A stretch of DNA of 63,257 nt, taken from NCBI GenBank assembly GCA_026025795.1, contig JAPEUG010000058.1, positions 1 to 63,257 of the forward strand. Reading direction: 5' to 3'. A program made the translations under genes and the position numbers. Numbering within the stretch: the first letter of the stretch is position 1; each line of letters begins with the position of its first letter. The stretch comes from Thelocarpon superellum. Lineage: Eukaryota. This document shows, one piece after another, positions 13,608 through 26,838 of this stretch. The notes under the pieces were generated by a model. That model saw nothing but the letters and a program-made list of their open reading frames with translations, searched no databases and had not been told where the DNA came from.

Positions 13608-15153
13608 TCATCTTGCCTTGGGACCCGACACGCCCGCGCCAATGACACTCGGCAGGTCTTCTTGGCCAACGGAGAACAACAGCCCGATACCCCAGGAAAT
13701 GACGGCGATTAAAAGGACGGTGAGGCCGGCGAGAAGGAAGAAGGGACTGCTGACGTCTTTCTTCTGGCATGCGGCGCCGCCCCAGTGGATCGTCTTCCTG
13801 CCCTTTCCACCACTGCCGCCCGTCTCCACGAGTGACGGCTTGCACGCGCATGCGAAGCACGCCCGGTGCGAGCGCCCGTCTTCGCCCGTGGTCTCGTATT
13901 TCTTCTCGCAGCTGCCGTGCCCAAAGCAAGCCCCGGTTGCCGTCTCGCAAGCCTCGTGCGAGGCGTGACAGACGGGGATAAAGCTGCCTGGAGACGGCAG
14001 CATCGGCGGCGGCGGCGGCACCGTGCCGTTACTGTGGGGACGGGTGGAGGGCGTTGGGGTCGGTTGTGGCTCGAGCGGTTCCTCCGGGGATTGGTTCTGG
14101 CGCTTCGACTTCTGCGGCGTGTGGAGTTGTGTCAAGTCGCCGTATGACGGGTCCCGGCTGTTGCCCGTCGGCGTCGATGGCGGAAAGAAGATCACCGTGC
14201 TTTCTTGGTCGCCCGACCGGGCCGACCGTTCAAGAAAGTCGATGACTTCTAAGAGATACGCCATCGCCGATGAGAACTCTGGATTCAAAGAGCTCCGATG
14301 GTGTATATGCTGAGAGGGATCAGACGACGTTCATACACACGGTGGGATCTGTGCAATCAAGTACCTTCAGAGCAGTGAAGTGAACCACAGAGGTCATCGA
14401 TCCGCCACACCACTGGTCAGGGGTCAAGGCGTGAAGCTCGACTTCGGGATACAACGAAGAGACGTCATACGGGGAACGGCGGTGCGGGTCGGACATGACA
14501 GAACAACATGAGCCGTCCTGAAGTCACGGCCAGGTGTTAGAAGCTGACCCCTCGCGGAAATCAATCAGACCTACGATGGATGTGTATGACAGGTGACCAC
14601 GGTAGCCCTCCTTCTGTGCAGATTCTTTACTGCAGACAGCATCGAGGCTTGCCGACGACGAGAGGTGCTCCGCGAGAATCTTGTTGGCTTCTGGCCCGGG
14701 TGGATGGGACATGAAGAACGAGGGCGTCTGCCTCGAGGGAGTGATGATCGCTGCAGCGTGAGTCAGTCTCGGTTCATTTGAACGCAGATGGAGCTCGCCG
14801 GTGCACACACTTTCCGGGAAATCGACACCCTCGACCATCAGTAGGAGTCGTCCAAGACTCGACGTTTGCTCATTTTCCTCCTCCAAGAGCGGCTGTTGCC
14901 GACCGCCAAAGTCATTTAGATGTTGGATGCGATCCTCGCTGGCACCTCCAAGCTGGTCATTCTGTGACAAGCCTAGTCGTCGCGATATCACCAGTCGCGC
15001 CGCGTGGGGATCGAGAGTGGGTGCATCGCGAGGCGGAGGAGGAGGTGGCAGGGTGGAGTCGAACGTGTACACGACAGCTCGGGGGGACGAGGAGGCGGCT
15101 GCCGTGGCGGAGACGGCGAGGCCAACAAGAAGACAGCGCGAGAAGAATCCCAT
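13608..15153 (-). CDS. DUF3844 (Vps3844-like) type I membrane protein
   Basis: Signal peptide MGFFSRCLLVGLAVSATAAA; Cys-rich C-terminal domain CHASHEACETATGACFGHGSC...CFACAC...WGGAACQKKDVS followed by a TM helix and LPSVIGAGV; GT-AG introns join the exons. Confidence 0.85.
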
Positions 15154-15768
15154 GATGTTGCCGCGACCGTCCTCAGGACATGGTTGGACGCAGGTGCCCA
15201 CTCCCCCGAATGGAAGTCGATGACACGGGCTAGTTGGGTCTGGGTAACAGGGTCGCTAGAGGAGGCGTAGCAGCACGGGCATGTTACAGTTAGGTGGACG
15301 AGGGCCGGGTGGATCGGTAGTTGGCGGCGGGACTGGCCCTCGCACTCGTGCCTCATCCGCTGTCGCCTGACTCAACTGCGTCTAATCCACCAATCCCATC
15401 GGCCAACACCCGCCTCACCCTCACTCGCCCTCCACCATCTCGTGCAACAGGTGTGCCGCCTGATCAAGCCGGGCCACCATCTTTACCCCCTACACACACT
15501 CCTTTACCAAGGCCCTGGCCATTTCCGTTACCCGTTTTCTGCGTCCCGTTCTCCGTCTCCCGGAGTTGTGGATCAGTCTTATCAGGGACATTCTCGTAGG
15601 CCCCGCGACCATAAGGAGACCTCCCCCACCGACTCGCGGCGCCACTCCGCCTTCTGCGTCGTGACATCTGCTCGAACTCCTCGCGCGCATCCTCGCCGTT
15701 GGCAGCCTCTGTTTCTTGAGTGTTAAGCCCCCGCGTGGCGTCTCGCGCTGCAGCGCCTCGGCCCGCCC

Positions 15769-17250
15769 ATGTTCAGGAACCTGCGGGCTTTCTTCTCCTT
15801 GGGGCGCTTGCCACTGCGCACCGAGACCTACCTGTCCCGCCAGCCTCTCAGCTACAATGTCCGGCGAGTGCGCTTCGTGGATCCCTTCTTCTCCCGGCGG
15901 TATGTGGCCGCCTTCCTCTCCCCCTGCGGGGGATTTGCTGACGCCCGTCCCGCTCCAGTCGCTTGTTCCGCGCCGCCCTCTACACCGCGCCCGTCGTCGG
16001 CGTCTACTATTATGTCCTCCCGGTAGTCCTACCAGAGTTGGAGGAGGATGAGTATGATGATGACTACGAAGATGAACGCGATAACGAGGAGGCCGAGGCG
16101 GCAGCTCGACATGCCTACACCGAGAAGGCAAAGCTATTCACCACCAATGCCTCCACGACGCCCCCTCCAGCTCAAGCGGTAGCGACCAGACCCCAGGGAG
16201 GAGTGGGTCCATCATATCCCCCGAGCACCGAGGACGAGGAGGACGAGACTGAGGACGAGACCTTTCTTCCTCTTGGATGGGCACGCCCCATGCCCTCCGA
16301 GCCGTACAAAGGAACAGACCCGGAATGGCAGGAGTTTGTTAAATTCAGTCGTGACCGGGAGCGAGGGGCCAGAGTGCGGCGTAAGTGGCTGTGGTCGTCA
16401 AGGAAAGGCATGGATGATGGTGCGTGAGACTGACAGGTTTCCCGAGGCAGATGAACTGGCGGACATGGTCGCCTTGGCCCTCTCGAAAAAGAAGACCTTC
16501 TTACAGGCGTGCGGAACGCCGCTCAAGGTCCGCAAGTACTGGCTCGATTTCGATTTTCCCAACGTCCCGCCGCCCGAATTCGTCCGGCCGGGAATTCTAA
16601 TCACCAACGACTACGTCGCCTGGGCCTGGCAACCCGTCAGCGCACGGGACTACTCTCGCGTGCGACACGCCCTCTGGCCTCATTCCATGCTCTCATCGCT
16701 GTGGGCCAGCTCGAACGCAGTCGTGCAGCACAATGTCGACCGGATCAAAGGGGCGCTAGGGGTCAAGCCGACAGGGAAACCCTCGCCCCGGACGCCGGCG
16801 GGCTTGCCAGTCTCCGTCTTGCCGCACTCTCGCGTCGGCCCTCACGACACTGCGGCGAACGCTGCGACCGAGTCGGCCACGTCGAAAGCATCGGTCGGCG
16901 CCACCAGCCCCGGTGCGGCGTCTGACGCAGTGGCACCCACGTCATGGCCGTCGACTCCACGCTCCGATCTGCTCCCACCGTTGCCCGGAGTGCCCCGGCC
17001 CACGACCAGCGAGAGCATGGACGTGGCGCTGACGGCCTTCCGCCGGAATCTCGCCCGCACGTGGCGACCGCCTCGCGAGTATCCACCACGCGGCTCCTTT
17101 ACTGTCACTGGACTCGTCGAGGTGGCGGGGCCTGACGCCATGCTCACCCTCGACGTCCGAGCCGCCTACGACCCCAGAACATCGCGCTGGGAGTCTCTGG
17201 GGATCGGCATTCGACGGGTGCAGTATCGGAAGCAAGGTCCACTTCGCTAA
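15769..17250 (+). CDS. Fungal hypothetical protein, probably mitochondrial (presequence plus TM segment), 3 exons
   Basis: Arg-rich, acid-poor N-terminus MFRNLRAFFSLGRLPLR; FLPLGW...YKGTDPEWQEFVKF and PPRGSFTVTGLVEV blocks; GTATGT and GTAAGT introns join the ORF pieces in frame. Confidence 0.75.
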
Positions 17251-17947
17251 CCGTTTCCTTCCTTGGGCTTGCGTGCGTTGTACATACGGACAGGTATGAG
17301 TGGACATGGGCGACCGGGCGGCGGGCGGAGGGGAGTTGGCCATAGAGATTTCTGCCCAGGCTCATCCATTGTGTTCAAAGTCGCCCTTCTAATCAGAAGC
17401 AACGATGAGTTTCACATGGTCTTCACGTCACTGGACCACTCCGTATTTCACTTTCTTCCTGCTCATGTAGCTTCGCCGCGCTCACTGTCTGCTGCACAGG
17501 GTCCAACTCGTCTTGTGCTCGCTTATTGCCAGTGACGAGCGATGAAGAGCCTCCCACACGCCGCTTCCCAGTTGCCCATGTCGTACCGCCACCAAGCGAC
17601 CTCTTGAAGCACCCAACGCAGCTGCCTCCGCTTCGTCTCGCCATTCATGATCGTGGTCAGAGCGAGTGTGGACTACAAATGCTGACGCGTCCTCTTCGTT
17701 CAACCCCTAGAGATGTTCCAGCCCCATTTCCCATTTCCCATGCCCCTTGTCTCCCGTCCCACCCAGCACCATTGCCTTACGCCTCGTAGACTCTCATGGG
17801 AGGGACCACCTCCAAGGCCGGTCCTAGCACCTGACATCCCATTTCTCCGCATCGTCACTGGTCCGGCTCACTCTGTACAGTACGATATCAGCCCCAAAGC
17901 GCATCTGACCTCTCTCTCAATCACATTCCATTCATCCGATGACGGCC

Positions 17948-19256
17948 ATGGTGCTCCCGCTTCATCCGCCCTTCTCCGAGTCGTCAACGCCAACTCCCAT
18001 CAACAACGCCCGCAGCCCCCTCAATCTCGTAAACCCGCTTGACCTCAGCCCTGTTCATATCGAGAACGACGCGCCAATCACTCACGAGCACGATGGCTGT
18101 ATTGCCGACCCGACTGCCGCCAACATGACCAGATACTGCCATCTAGCCCTTTACTTCGTCTTGAATCTGGCCCTGACCCTCTACAATAAGGCGGTCTTAC
18201 AGGAGGTCCGTACTCCCCTCTTGCCGTCTTTCTTTGGCCTAACACGGCAGCCTGTGCAGTTTCGGCTACCATATCTGTTGACCTCTTTACACGCCGCGAG
18301 TGGCTGCGTCGGATGCTTCGTCCTGCACCAACGGGGCGTCTTTGTCCTCCGCCGTCTCTCCACGTCCGAAGTCTTTACCATGCTGGCTTTCTCTCTGCTG
18401 TACACCCTCAACATTGCGATCAGCAACGTTTCGCTGTACGTGTCATGCTGGCTGCTCTTCTCATTGCACGGCCAGCCTGACGGCCAGCAGGAATCTAGTG
18501 ACCATTCCTTTCCACCAGGTCGTCCGAGGCACGTCGCCCATCTTTACGGCGGTAACTTATGGTCTGGTGTACGGAAAGGTTTACAGCATGGCGACATACC
18601 TCTGCCTCGTCCCCGTCATGCTTGGCGTGGGCTTCGCGACGTATGGCGATTACTACTATACCGCCGCGGGGTTTGCCCTCACCCTTACAGGCACCGCTCT
18701 GGCGTCAGTGAAAACCATTGCCACCAATCGCCTCCAGACGGGTCCGTTACGTCTCTCAGCTTTGGATCTGCTCTACCGTATGAGCCCGCTCGCTCTCGGA
18801 CAGAGCCTGATCTACGCCTACCTCAGCGGCGAGTTCTGTGCGTTTCATCGACTCGCCTTCGATGAGGGACACCTGACCCGGACCATGTTTTATGTCTTGG
18901 TGCTGAATGGTGTCATCGCTTTCGCCCTGAACATTGTCTCCTTCACCGCCAACAAGAAGACGGGTGCTCTCACGATGGCAGTCGCGGCCAACATCAAGCA
19001 GGTCTTGACCATCTGGCTCAGCATCGTTGTCTTTCACCTCCACCTCGGCATGTTAGACTCGTTTGGTATGTGGTCTGAGCATGAGCTCCTCCTGATGCTA
19101 ATATGGTGGCGTCTAGGGATTGTGCTTACGCTGCTGGGCGGGGCGTGTTATGCGAAATTGGAACTTGAAGGGAACAGAGCCGTATCTTCTGATCTGCCTC
19201 GGCACCACGCCTTTCCCGCCAAGTGCTCAATCACCCTCACTAGGCGTCCTGTATAG
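17948..19256 (+). CDS. Triose-phosphate transporter (TPT)/nucleotide-sugar transporter family protein
   Basis: YFVLNLALTLYNKAVL, FSLLYTLNIAISNVSL, VTIPFHQVVR, LLYRMSPLA and FTANKKTGALTMAVAANIKQ; multiple TM helices; about 3 introns. Confidence 0.88.
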
Positions 19257-19806
19257 ATACTGCATTTACCCTATTCTCTCTTTGCCAGAAAGCTTCCAAC
19301 ACATACCAGGACCGCAGAATCATTGTCTTTATGTTAGAGGCGGTTGTGCGCATCGTCACCGGACATCGGGCGATCCTGGGATGTCATTCGAGAACATGTA
19401 ACTAGATTCGAGAGAACTAGGTGAGCCGGGAGTCCCGCCAGATTTCGACAATTACGGGGACCTCGGACATTGAGGAGTTCCCCATGCGTGATTCCAGGGC
19501 CCAGGAGTCGGTTGATTTGTCGGAAATGGCGTCACCCATATCACATGTAAGCGAGGAGGATTCCTCGAATCGACCGAGGAGCTCTGCCCTCACGGCGCCC
19601 TCGCGGAGATTCGGAAGCATTACCCCGCCGACGTCACTCTGGCGACCTCCCGCAGACACAACTTATAAGATCGCCCGCTCACTCTTCCATCTGTCTACAA
19701 TAAATTGCATCCCCATCGTCCTTACAGCTACGATACATGACACATCCCGGCTTGAAACAACGACAATACAGTCACGCGGCACCTTCGACTCCGAAGCTCC
19801 TTCATC

Positions 19807-20676
19807 ATGGCTTTGGCGCCAAAGTTCGCTGGGCAAAAGCTCTCGTCAGGCATTTCTCCCAAGAGCGTTCATACCCTTGAGCTTTGTATATTTCCCGTTT
19901 CCTGCGCCTTGTGCTCATGATCGAGAGGCTGAGCTAACATGGCGGAAATGCGCGTAGATCTCGACTATGTCTGCCCGGTAACTATTTTGCTCCCAGACTG
20001 CGGCAAGAGTGACTAACGAAGCTCGAAAAGTTCTCCAAGAAGCTGTTCAACACCGTGTACCATGACGTCTTCCCGCTCGTGGAGAAGAAGTACAGCGGAA
20101 AGGTGCAATTCATCTTCCGCCAGCAGATTCAGCCCTGGCATCCCTCGTCCACCCTCACTCATGAAGCCGGCGTGGCTGTGCTCAAAATCTCCCCGGACCA
20201 GTTCTATCCCTTCAGCGCGGCTCTCTTTGAGAAGCAGACCGAATTCTTTGACGTGAACACGGTGCAGGAGACCCGCAATAAAACCTACGAACGGCTCGCC
20301 AAGTTGGCGGCCACGGTTGGATTGAATGAGAAGGAGGTGTTTGACTTGCTCCATGTCGACGTCAAGCCTGCACAGGATGGTAGTCTGAACATTGGCAACG
20401 GCGTCACCAACGACGTCAAGCTCCTGGTCAAGGTGAGCATCCTGGATGCTATCCGGCCGAAAAGTACCGTACGCATCCGAGCCGGACCTGACGGAGAACA
20501 GGCGAACCGCTTGACTGGCGTGCATGTTACGCCGACGGTGCTATTCAACGTAAGGCTGTCGCCTGCTACTACGTTGCTTAACCGCTGACATAAGCCAGGG
20601 AATCGTCGAGAACAGCATCTCGAGCGGGTGGACGAAAGACCAATGGGATGAATGGCTTACGAAGAACATCGTCTGA
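19807..20676 (+). CDS. DsbA-like thioredoxin-fold protein (CPFS motif), 5 exons
   Basis: Assembled MALAPKFAGQKL...HTLELYLDYVCP|FSKK...FRQQIQPWHPSS...GVHVTPTVLFN|GIVENSISSGWT...*; includes a 20-nt exon at 19958-19977 and the cis-Pro motif VTPT. Confidence 0.88.
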
Positions 20677-21241
20677 CCCAGACGCCGCCTTGAGAGAGCC
20701 GATAACCGAGGCAACGACGTAATTTTTCGCTATTCAACCGCGTTCGGAGAGATGACTGTGACGGATAGAATGGTATGACTGCAGCAGCAACTAGAATGCA
20801 AGCCCTAGATCATTAGGCATTTCAAGTCCTAGAGAGCATTGGGATGCTTCGTCCAGCCGGGGGATGGTGAACGTGAGGTGCTGGCGGAGCACATGCCAGA
20901 AGAGGTCGGTCGAATCAGAAGTGAGGGCGACGCACGAGGGGTCAGGCCCGAAAGTTTAACTGGCCAGGTGCCTGGGTGGATCTCGGTTCACCAAAGTCAG
21001 GCAACTTGGGGTAAACCGAAAGTTACACCGCCGGAGCCGCACGAACAGTGTCGCGCGACTCCTAGCCACTCGATTACTTGGACGTCCGCCTTACAAAGGG
21101 GTGCATGCCCTGTTCCTTGAGGGCGGTGTGCTTGTCGCTCTGTGACATCTTGAACCATCATGAACAGCATCATCTAGTGAGAACGGTGTGTACGAGGCCA
21201 GCGGGATCTGCCGATCAGCCACGTCCGATCTCGGAGCCGTC

Positions 21242-22972
21242 ATGTCGAACAGTGAGTCCCCAGCCGAACGTAGCATGATGGTCCCCTCGACCGCTATGCG
21301 AACACACTTCAGTGAGTCGATTGACTAACGCTCGAGGTAGGCTCCGCAGCAGCAGAGTGCGTCTCGGAGGAAGCTCTGGCACACCTGAAGACGTACAAAT
21401 ACTCCAGCGTCGACAAGTCCTTCGTTTCTCACTACATCCTGCGGCATTATGTGAGGAGGGCCCTAGACGTGCCATTCGCACCAGCGGCTAACGTGGCGCC
21501 AGTGGAATGCCGCCGTGGAGCTGTTACCATTATGGCTGGCACCGAACATGGTCACGTTGTTGGGCTTCTTCTTTATCCTCATCAACGTGGCATGTCTGGT
21601 GATATGGATCCCAGACTTGGTCGGACCGGTATGCGATCCAGTGTCACGCGAGCTGGTGATGGGGCCTAATACGGTACTGGCAGGGTCCCTCGTGGGTTTA
21701 TTATAGCTTCGCTTTCGGTCTATGGATGTAAGCTCTCTTCCTGTCGGCCATGGGGGAGAAACAGGAGTTACGGACGTGACTGATTGAGGATGGTGCGGCA
21801 GGTACTCGACCATGGACAACATTGATGGCAAACAAGCACGACGAACGGGAACGTCGTCTGGATTGGGCGAGCTTTTCGAGTCGGTGCCCCTCCTGCAGAC
21901 ACCTGAGCCTTCGCTGACCTGGGTAGTCATGGGATCGACTCGCTCAACTGCACACTGGCGAGTCTGGGTGAAACAGCGGCAATCGGGCTGGGGAGCACAC
22001 CGAGCGGTGTCATCACGTCCATGGTTCCATGTCTCCCCATGTTCTTCTCCACTTGGGAGACTTATCATACCCACACCTTGTACCTGGGATATTTCAATGG
22101 TCCCACCGGTATGCCCTTCTTCCGCCACGTCCAACCTCCACGTACGACGCTGATCCTCTGTAGAGGGACTCATCATCGCATGCACGGTGATGATCATATC
22201 TGGGTACTATGGGCCGGAGATCTGGAACCACCGATTCACCGAGCTGGTCGGCCGCCCGGAGATCTTCCACGAATACACAATCCAAGACTTCTTCGTCCCG
22301 CTGGTCCTCACCAGCTTTACCTTTGTCCACCTCCCATTCTGCATCTACAACGTGGTACAAGCACGTCGACGCCAGCATCTGCCCATCCTCCCCATCTTCT
22401 TCGAATGGACACCTATGATCATCTTCACCAGCAGCACCGTCCTGTGGTTGTACTCGCCGCACTCGAGCCTGATTGGCAACAACCACCTCGTGCTCTTCTG
22501 CCTGACCATGTCGCTTGTCTTCGGCCGCATGACGACCAAGATCATCCTCGCCCATCTCACCCGCCAGCCCTTCCCCTACTGGACCGTGATGCTCGCGCCG
22601 CTCATGGGCGGAGCCGGCCTCGCGCACCTCCCTGACATCCCCTTCCTGAACCTCCCCGCCATCGACCCCACCACGGAACTATGGTACCTACGAGGCTACT
22701 TCGTCTTCGCTCTCGTCGTCTACGCCCGTTGGGCCCTCCTAGTCATCGGAAGCATCTGCGCCTACCTTGACATCAACTGCCTTACCATCCCTACCCGTCG
22801 TGGACATTCTCAATCGACCAAGGGAAATATAAAGGGGCGAGGAAAAGCGAATGCGGAAGTGGGACTAGACGGGTCAGCGGAGGAAGGGAATGTGATGGAA
22901 GAGGCCAGGCCCGCGCAAGCGACTCGGAAACGGACTTCGGCCAGAAGTGCGCAGCAGAAGAGGGAGGAATGA
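21242..22972 (+). CDS. EPT1: Choline/ethanolamine phosphotransferase (CDP-alcohol phosphatidyltransferase), multi-exon
   Basis: LKTYKYSSVDKS, LAPNMVTLLG, signature [26 protein letters not shown] and TWETYHTHTLYLG. EPT1 versus CPT1 cannot be resolved from sequence. Confidence 0.92.
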
Positions 22973-23807
22973 TTGACGGGCGGTATAAATCCGACCAGTG
23001 GACCCTTCCCTCTCTTCTCTTTTTCTCCCTATCCTGTGTATGTGTGTGTCTACCAGGAAGCACAGAAGCGTCCATATCCATGTCCATGTCAAGGTCTGAG
23101 GCTTACGGATAGAGAAAGAGAAGGAGAGCAGAGGATAAGAAAACATGGAAAAAGAAAACAAGCGAAGGGAAATTGAGAGGAGAGAGGGAGAGAGAGTGGC
23201 ATGAATGGATAAACAATCCAGCCCATCACCGTATCGCAAATATCTCATGCGTAGCGAGGTTGTCGGAAAATTTTGGGGTAAAAAAAAGAGGAGTAGCAAC
23301 AGACGTTGATGTGTGTTATGATCCGATTGATTATCTGAATGACTTGGCCTGACTTGACTCTGACCTAGCGTTGGTGACGCCTTTCAAAGGTAAGCATGAG
23401 AAGGAACGGAGAGGGAGAAAGATGGGATGTAAGTAGACACAAGATGATCAGACCGAGAGACGAGAGGTTCAATGGAGAGGCAGGTACTCGCTGGACTTGC
23501 TGGACTTGCTGACCGACGCTGAAGAGGTGACTGCATGACTGTCGGCTGACTTGGCATGTAAAGAGTGAGATTGAGATGGGGATGGAGGAGAGGAGGGATG
23601 CGCACAATGAGAACAAGACAACAGTGAAGGTATGCATGCTTGCTTCAATGTAAAGACCGACGGATCTCGCTATGCTGGTTCAACAATGTCACGGGTTGCA
23701 AAGTTCAAGCCAATGACTGCTGGAAGTAGAGGAAGGATTGGCGTCGAAAAGTGGGTGGTGGGTGGTGGCTAAGGAACGGGTGGCAAGTCTGAGCAGTGCG
23801 GAGCGGT

Positions 23808-24532
23808 TTATAGTATCAAGGCAAAGCCAGCAAAGATGCCGGCTGCAATAAGTCCCAGGCCGTAGCTTTGACCAAGGTTCATGGCCATGACGGCGGCATT
23901 TTTATTGCCCGTCGCCGTGGCTGTGGCGGAGCCCCCCAGGCCGGTAAAGGCCGGGCCCTCACTACCACCGGTACCGGAGCTTCCCACGCTGGTGGCGGAC
24001 ATGGTGGAGCTGGTGCTGGTGTTGACTCGCGTCGGATTCTGTGCGCCACAGGGGTGGTTCTGTCGACAAGCGCTCTGGCATGCGCTGTCGCCTTGAGCGC
24101 AAGCGTTGACACATTGAGTGTTGAATTCGGTGCATTCAAAGTATGGGATCGTTTGACTGTATTGCGACGCATTGGGCGTTTGTCCGTTGCTGCAGACGCA
24201 GGAGAAGGCTAGAGAGGTCTAGACGAGATAGTGTCAATTCAGAAGAATGGCAAGCTACAGTCGATCCGAGAAGCCAAGTGCTTACCGGGTCACAGGTATT
24301 GGACTGCGCTGTCGTGGATTCGCCGGGGAGCTGAGAGCAGAGCAGAGGACAAGCGGTGACTTGCGAGTTGCACCAGGTCGCTTGGTCGAGTCAGTACGTG
24401 GCCGTGGACAGGTGGAAGCTCGGGAGACTCACTCCTCATCGCTGGCGAGACGGAGCTCGGGTCGATCGATTGAGCGACCGTCAGCGACCCGAGGCCGAGG
24501 AGAGCGAGGGAGACGGGAGCGAATGGATGCAT
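23808..24532 (-). CDS. Small Cys-rich, probably GPI-anchored cell-surface protein
   Basis: Signal peptide; WCNSQVTACPLLC...NTCDP|...CVCSNG...TIPYFEC...CVNAC...CQSAC...HPCGA; Ser/Thr/Gly linker; hydrophobic C-terminal tail. Confidence 0.85.
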
Positions 24533-25852
24533 CTTTCACCAGAACGAAGGAGGCGAAAGAGGAGGCGATCAACGAAAGTGGTTTGACCGAGAACGTAGCG
24601 ACCGACAAGGAAGAGAAAAGGTCACCGGAGGCAGAGAAGATACAAACGACGTTGACCTCTGTGAGATGGGCGGAGCAGGCGAGCAGGTCCGGGGCGGGGC
24701 CAGAATATAAAAAGGTTGGTCGTCCGCTCGACTGCTCGACTCGAGCTCGTCTGCAAGCCGATGATCGACCGAGAGACAATTAATTGCCTAACTCTACGAG
24801 GAGGTGCTGGTAGGGAGTCGAGCCACTAAGACCCAGACCCCGGACCCAGACCCCGGACGTCGGACCGACGCTCACTAAAGATTACGTTCCGGCACCGTGC
24901 ACGGAGGCGAACACTACTCGGAGATCCCGCGCTCGGACGGGTCACCATGGGGGCATCGATAGACGGGGATCCGCTGTGTCTCTCATCGGCGCGAGAAAGC
25001 GAGGAGTTACTGGTAAATACTCGCGATACTCGCCATGCTGCTTGATAGCTCCACGTCTGTAAATAACCAATGCACGCTACTGAGTAGTATCCGACTACTG
25101 TCGGTCGGCTCGGAGCCGTCCTAGCGCATGCCAATCCACGCCGACCAACGACAGCTTCTCGGTCCGTTCGGATCTGATGCTTGCTGCGAGTACATTCCTT
25201 ATCGCACATGTCAGCTCCGAATGGCTACCAGCAGTGACTTCTCCTTCCACGGCGCCGGCCGCATGGCCCCGCTGCGTGACCGCCCGCCCCCTCCTTGCGT
25301 TGCCTCCAGTGACTCGCATGCTGCGACTAGCGGTGGCACGAGCATATTCCGGCCGAGATGACCGACACTTATCTGCTCTCTGACTTTGCTTGCTTAGCGC
25401 CTCGGTAGAAGGTACAAAGTACTCTAACTATCTCTTCTCGACGCCACATTTCGTACCACTGTCGGTCAGAATGACTGTTGCCGACGATCTCAATGGCTTT
25501 CAACATAAGAGTGAACTTCATGCCGTCTCGATGCCACAAGTTATTTACATCCTCATCGACAGCAACCTCGCACATTTTACAACAGCTACACGTGACTAGA
25601 ATTGCATCTAAGGGTATCACAGCGATCAGCTGACAATCATGTCCCTTCGACAAAACGCAGTCTGAAATGCCAGCTTGTTGAACGCCGGGGAGATTCTGGG
25701 AAACGGTACTGGTCAACGCGGTAGCTGGCTTGTACCCCTTCGCTTCGCTAACCATAAGCGGAGCGATCCTGCGGCCTTGTGGATAATCTCGTCGGCAAAC
25801 AGCACCGAGCTCCTGGTTTGAACTGAGCACCTGCACCACCAGCTCCTACTGT

Positions 25853-26200
25853 TCATCCTTCCTCCAACTTCGTCGCTGACATGGAGTCGTGCGGCGTCAT
25901 TTCGATGGCAGATAGAATGAACTGATCTTGGCCTACTCGGCGGTTTAGTGCTCGGCCACGGCCAAAGCGGATGCGTAACCAACACTTTACCGTCCTCTCC
26001 GTCTCAGGCTTATCTTGCTTCATGATCTTGTAGATGCCGATGCCCACAAACACCGCGACGAGAGCAACAATGCCGACAATGACTGGTGCAGCACCTGAGA
26101 AATTGAAGCCGCTCTGGGATGGGGATTCGACGTCTCCGTCAGTGTCACCCCCACCTCGTCCGATTCCAGCCCGAGGATTTAGTGGCATCAGATAGGCCAT
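25853..26200 (-). CDS. Small orphan single-pass membrane protein (3' structure uncertain)
   Basis: ATG at 26200; one clear hydrophobic helix AAPVIVGIVALVAVFVGIGIY followed by basic residues; possible 58-nt intron at 25933-25990. Confidence 0.45.
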   Translation of the reverse strand: MAYLMPLNPRAGIGRGGGDTDGDVESPSQSGFNFSGAAPVIVGIVALVAVFVGIGIYKIMKQDKPETERTVKCWLRIRFGRGRALNRRVGQDQFILSAIEMTPHDSMSATKLEEG

Positions 26201-26838
26201 GATGCCACCCTTTCTCTCAACGGGGCCGTGGTGAAGAATGATGGTGCTTGATATTGGCCACAATGAAGGCGCGGGTTAAGGATTGAAGACAGCCAGAGGA
26301 GAGTGCGCCTGGGCCGAAGTCATGCTTCTACGATCGAGACATTTGAACCAATGCCATGTAGGGGACGAGAGGTCTCTTATGAATGGAGCATCGAAGGAGG
26401 CTTAGACAGTCGCAAGGATTCCGCCTCAGCACGATGCCCTCGCCTTCCGAAATGGATACAGAATCAAGATTAGGCTACAACGCTCCCCGACAACATCAAG
26501 CGGATTCTGCGACTCAGCCACGATGGGCTTCCGTGCTCCAGTCTGGACGTAAGCAAAGTCTCCCTGATTAGTTGTATGCAACACTCTCTAGGCGTGGTAT
26601 AAGGAGCAACCGACGGTCAAAGAATACGGCTAAGTGGAGGCTCAATCGGTCTAAACCTGATCGCGCTTAGCCCCCCCGCCTGACGGAGCCGAACTTCCTC
26701 ACCGCCCTAGAAGATTTCCACACACTCTCTCCACCGTCGTCGTTCGTGACTCAAATTCCGGCCTCGACAGGCTAACCGCCAAAATTACGGTGGGGTTCTA
26801 TCGTCATCCATCACCCGTTATCCGTGCGATCGGGCCCG

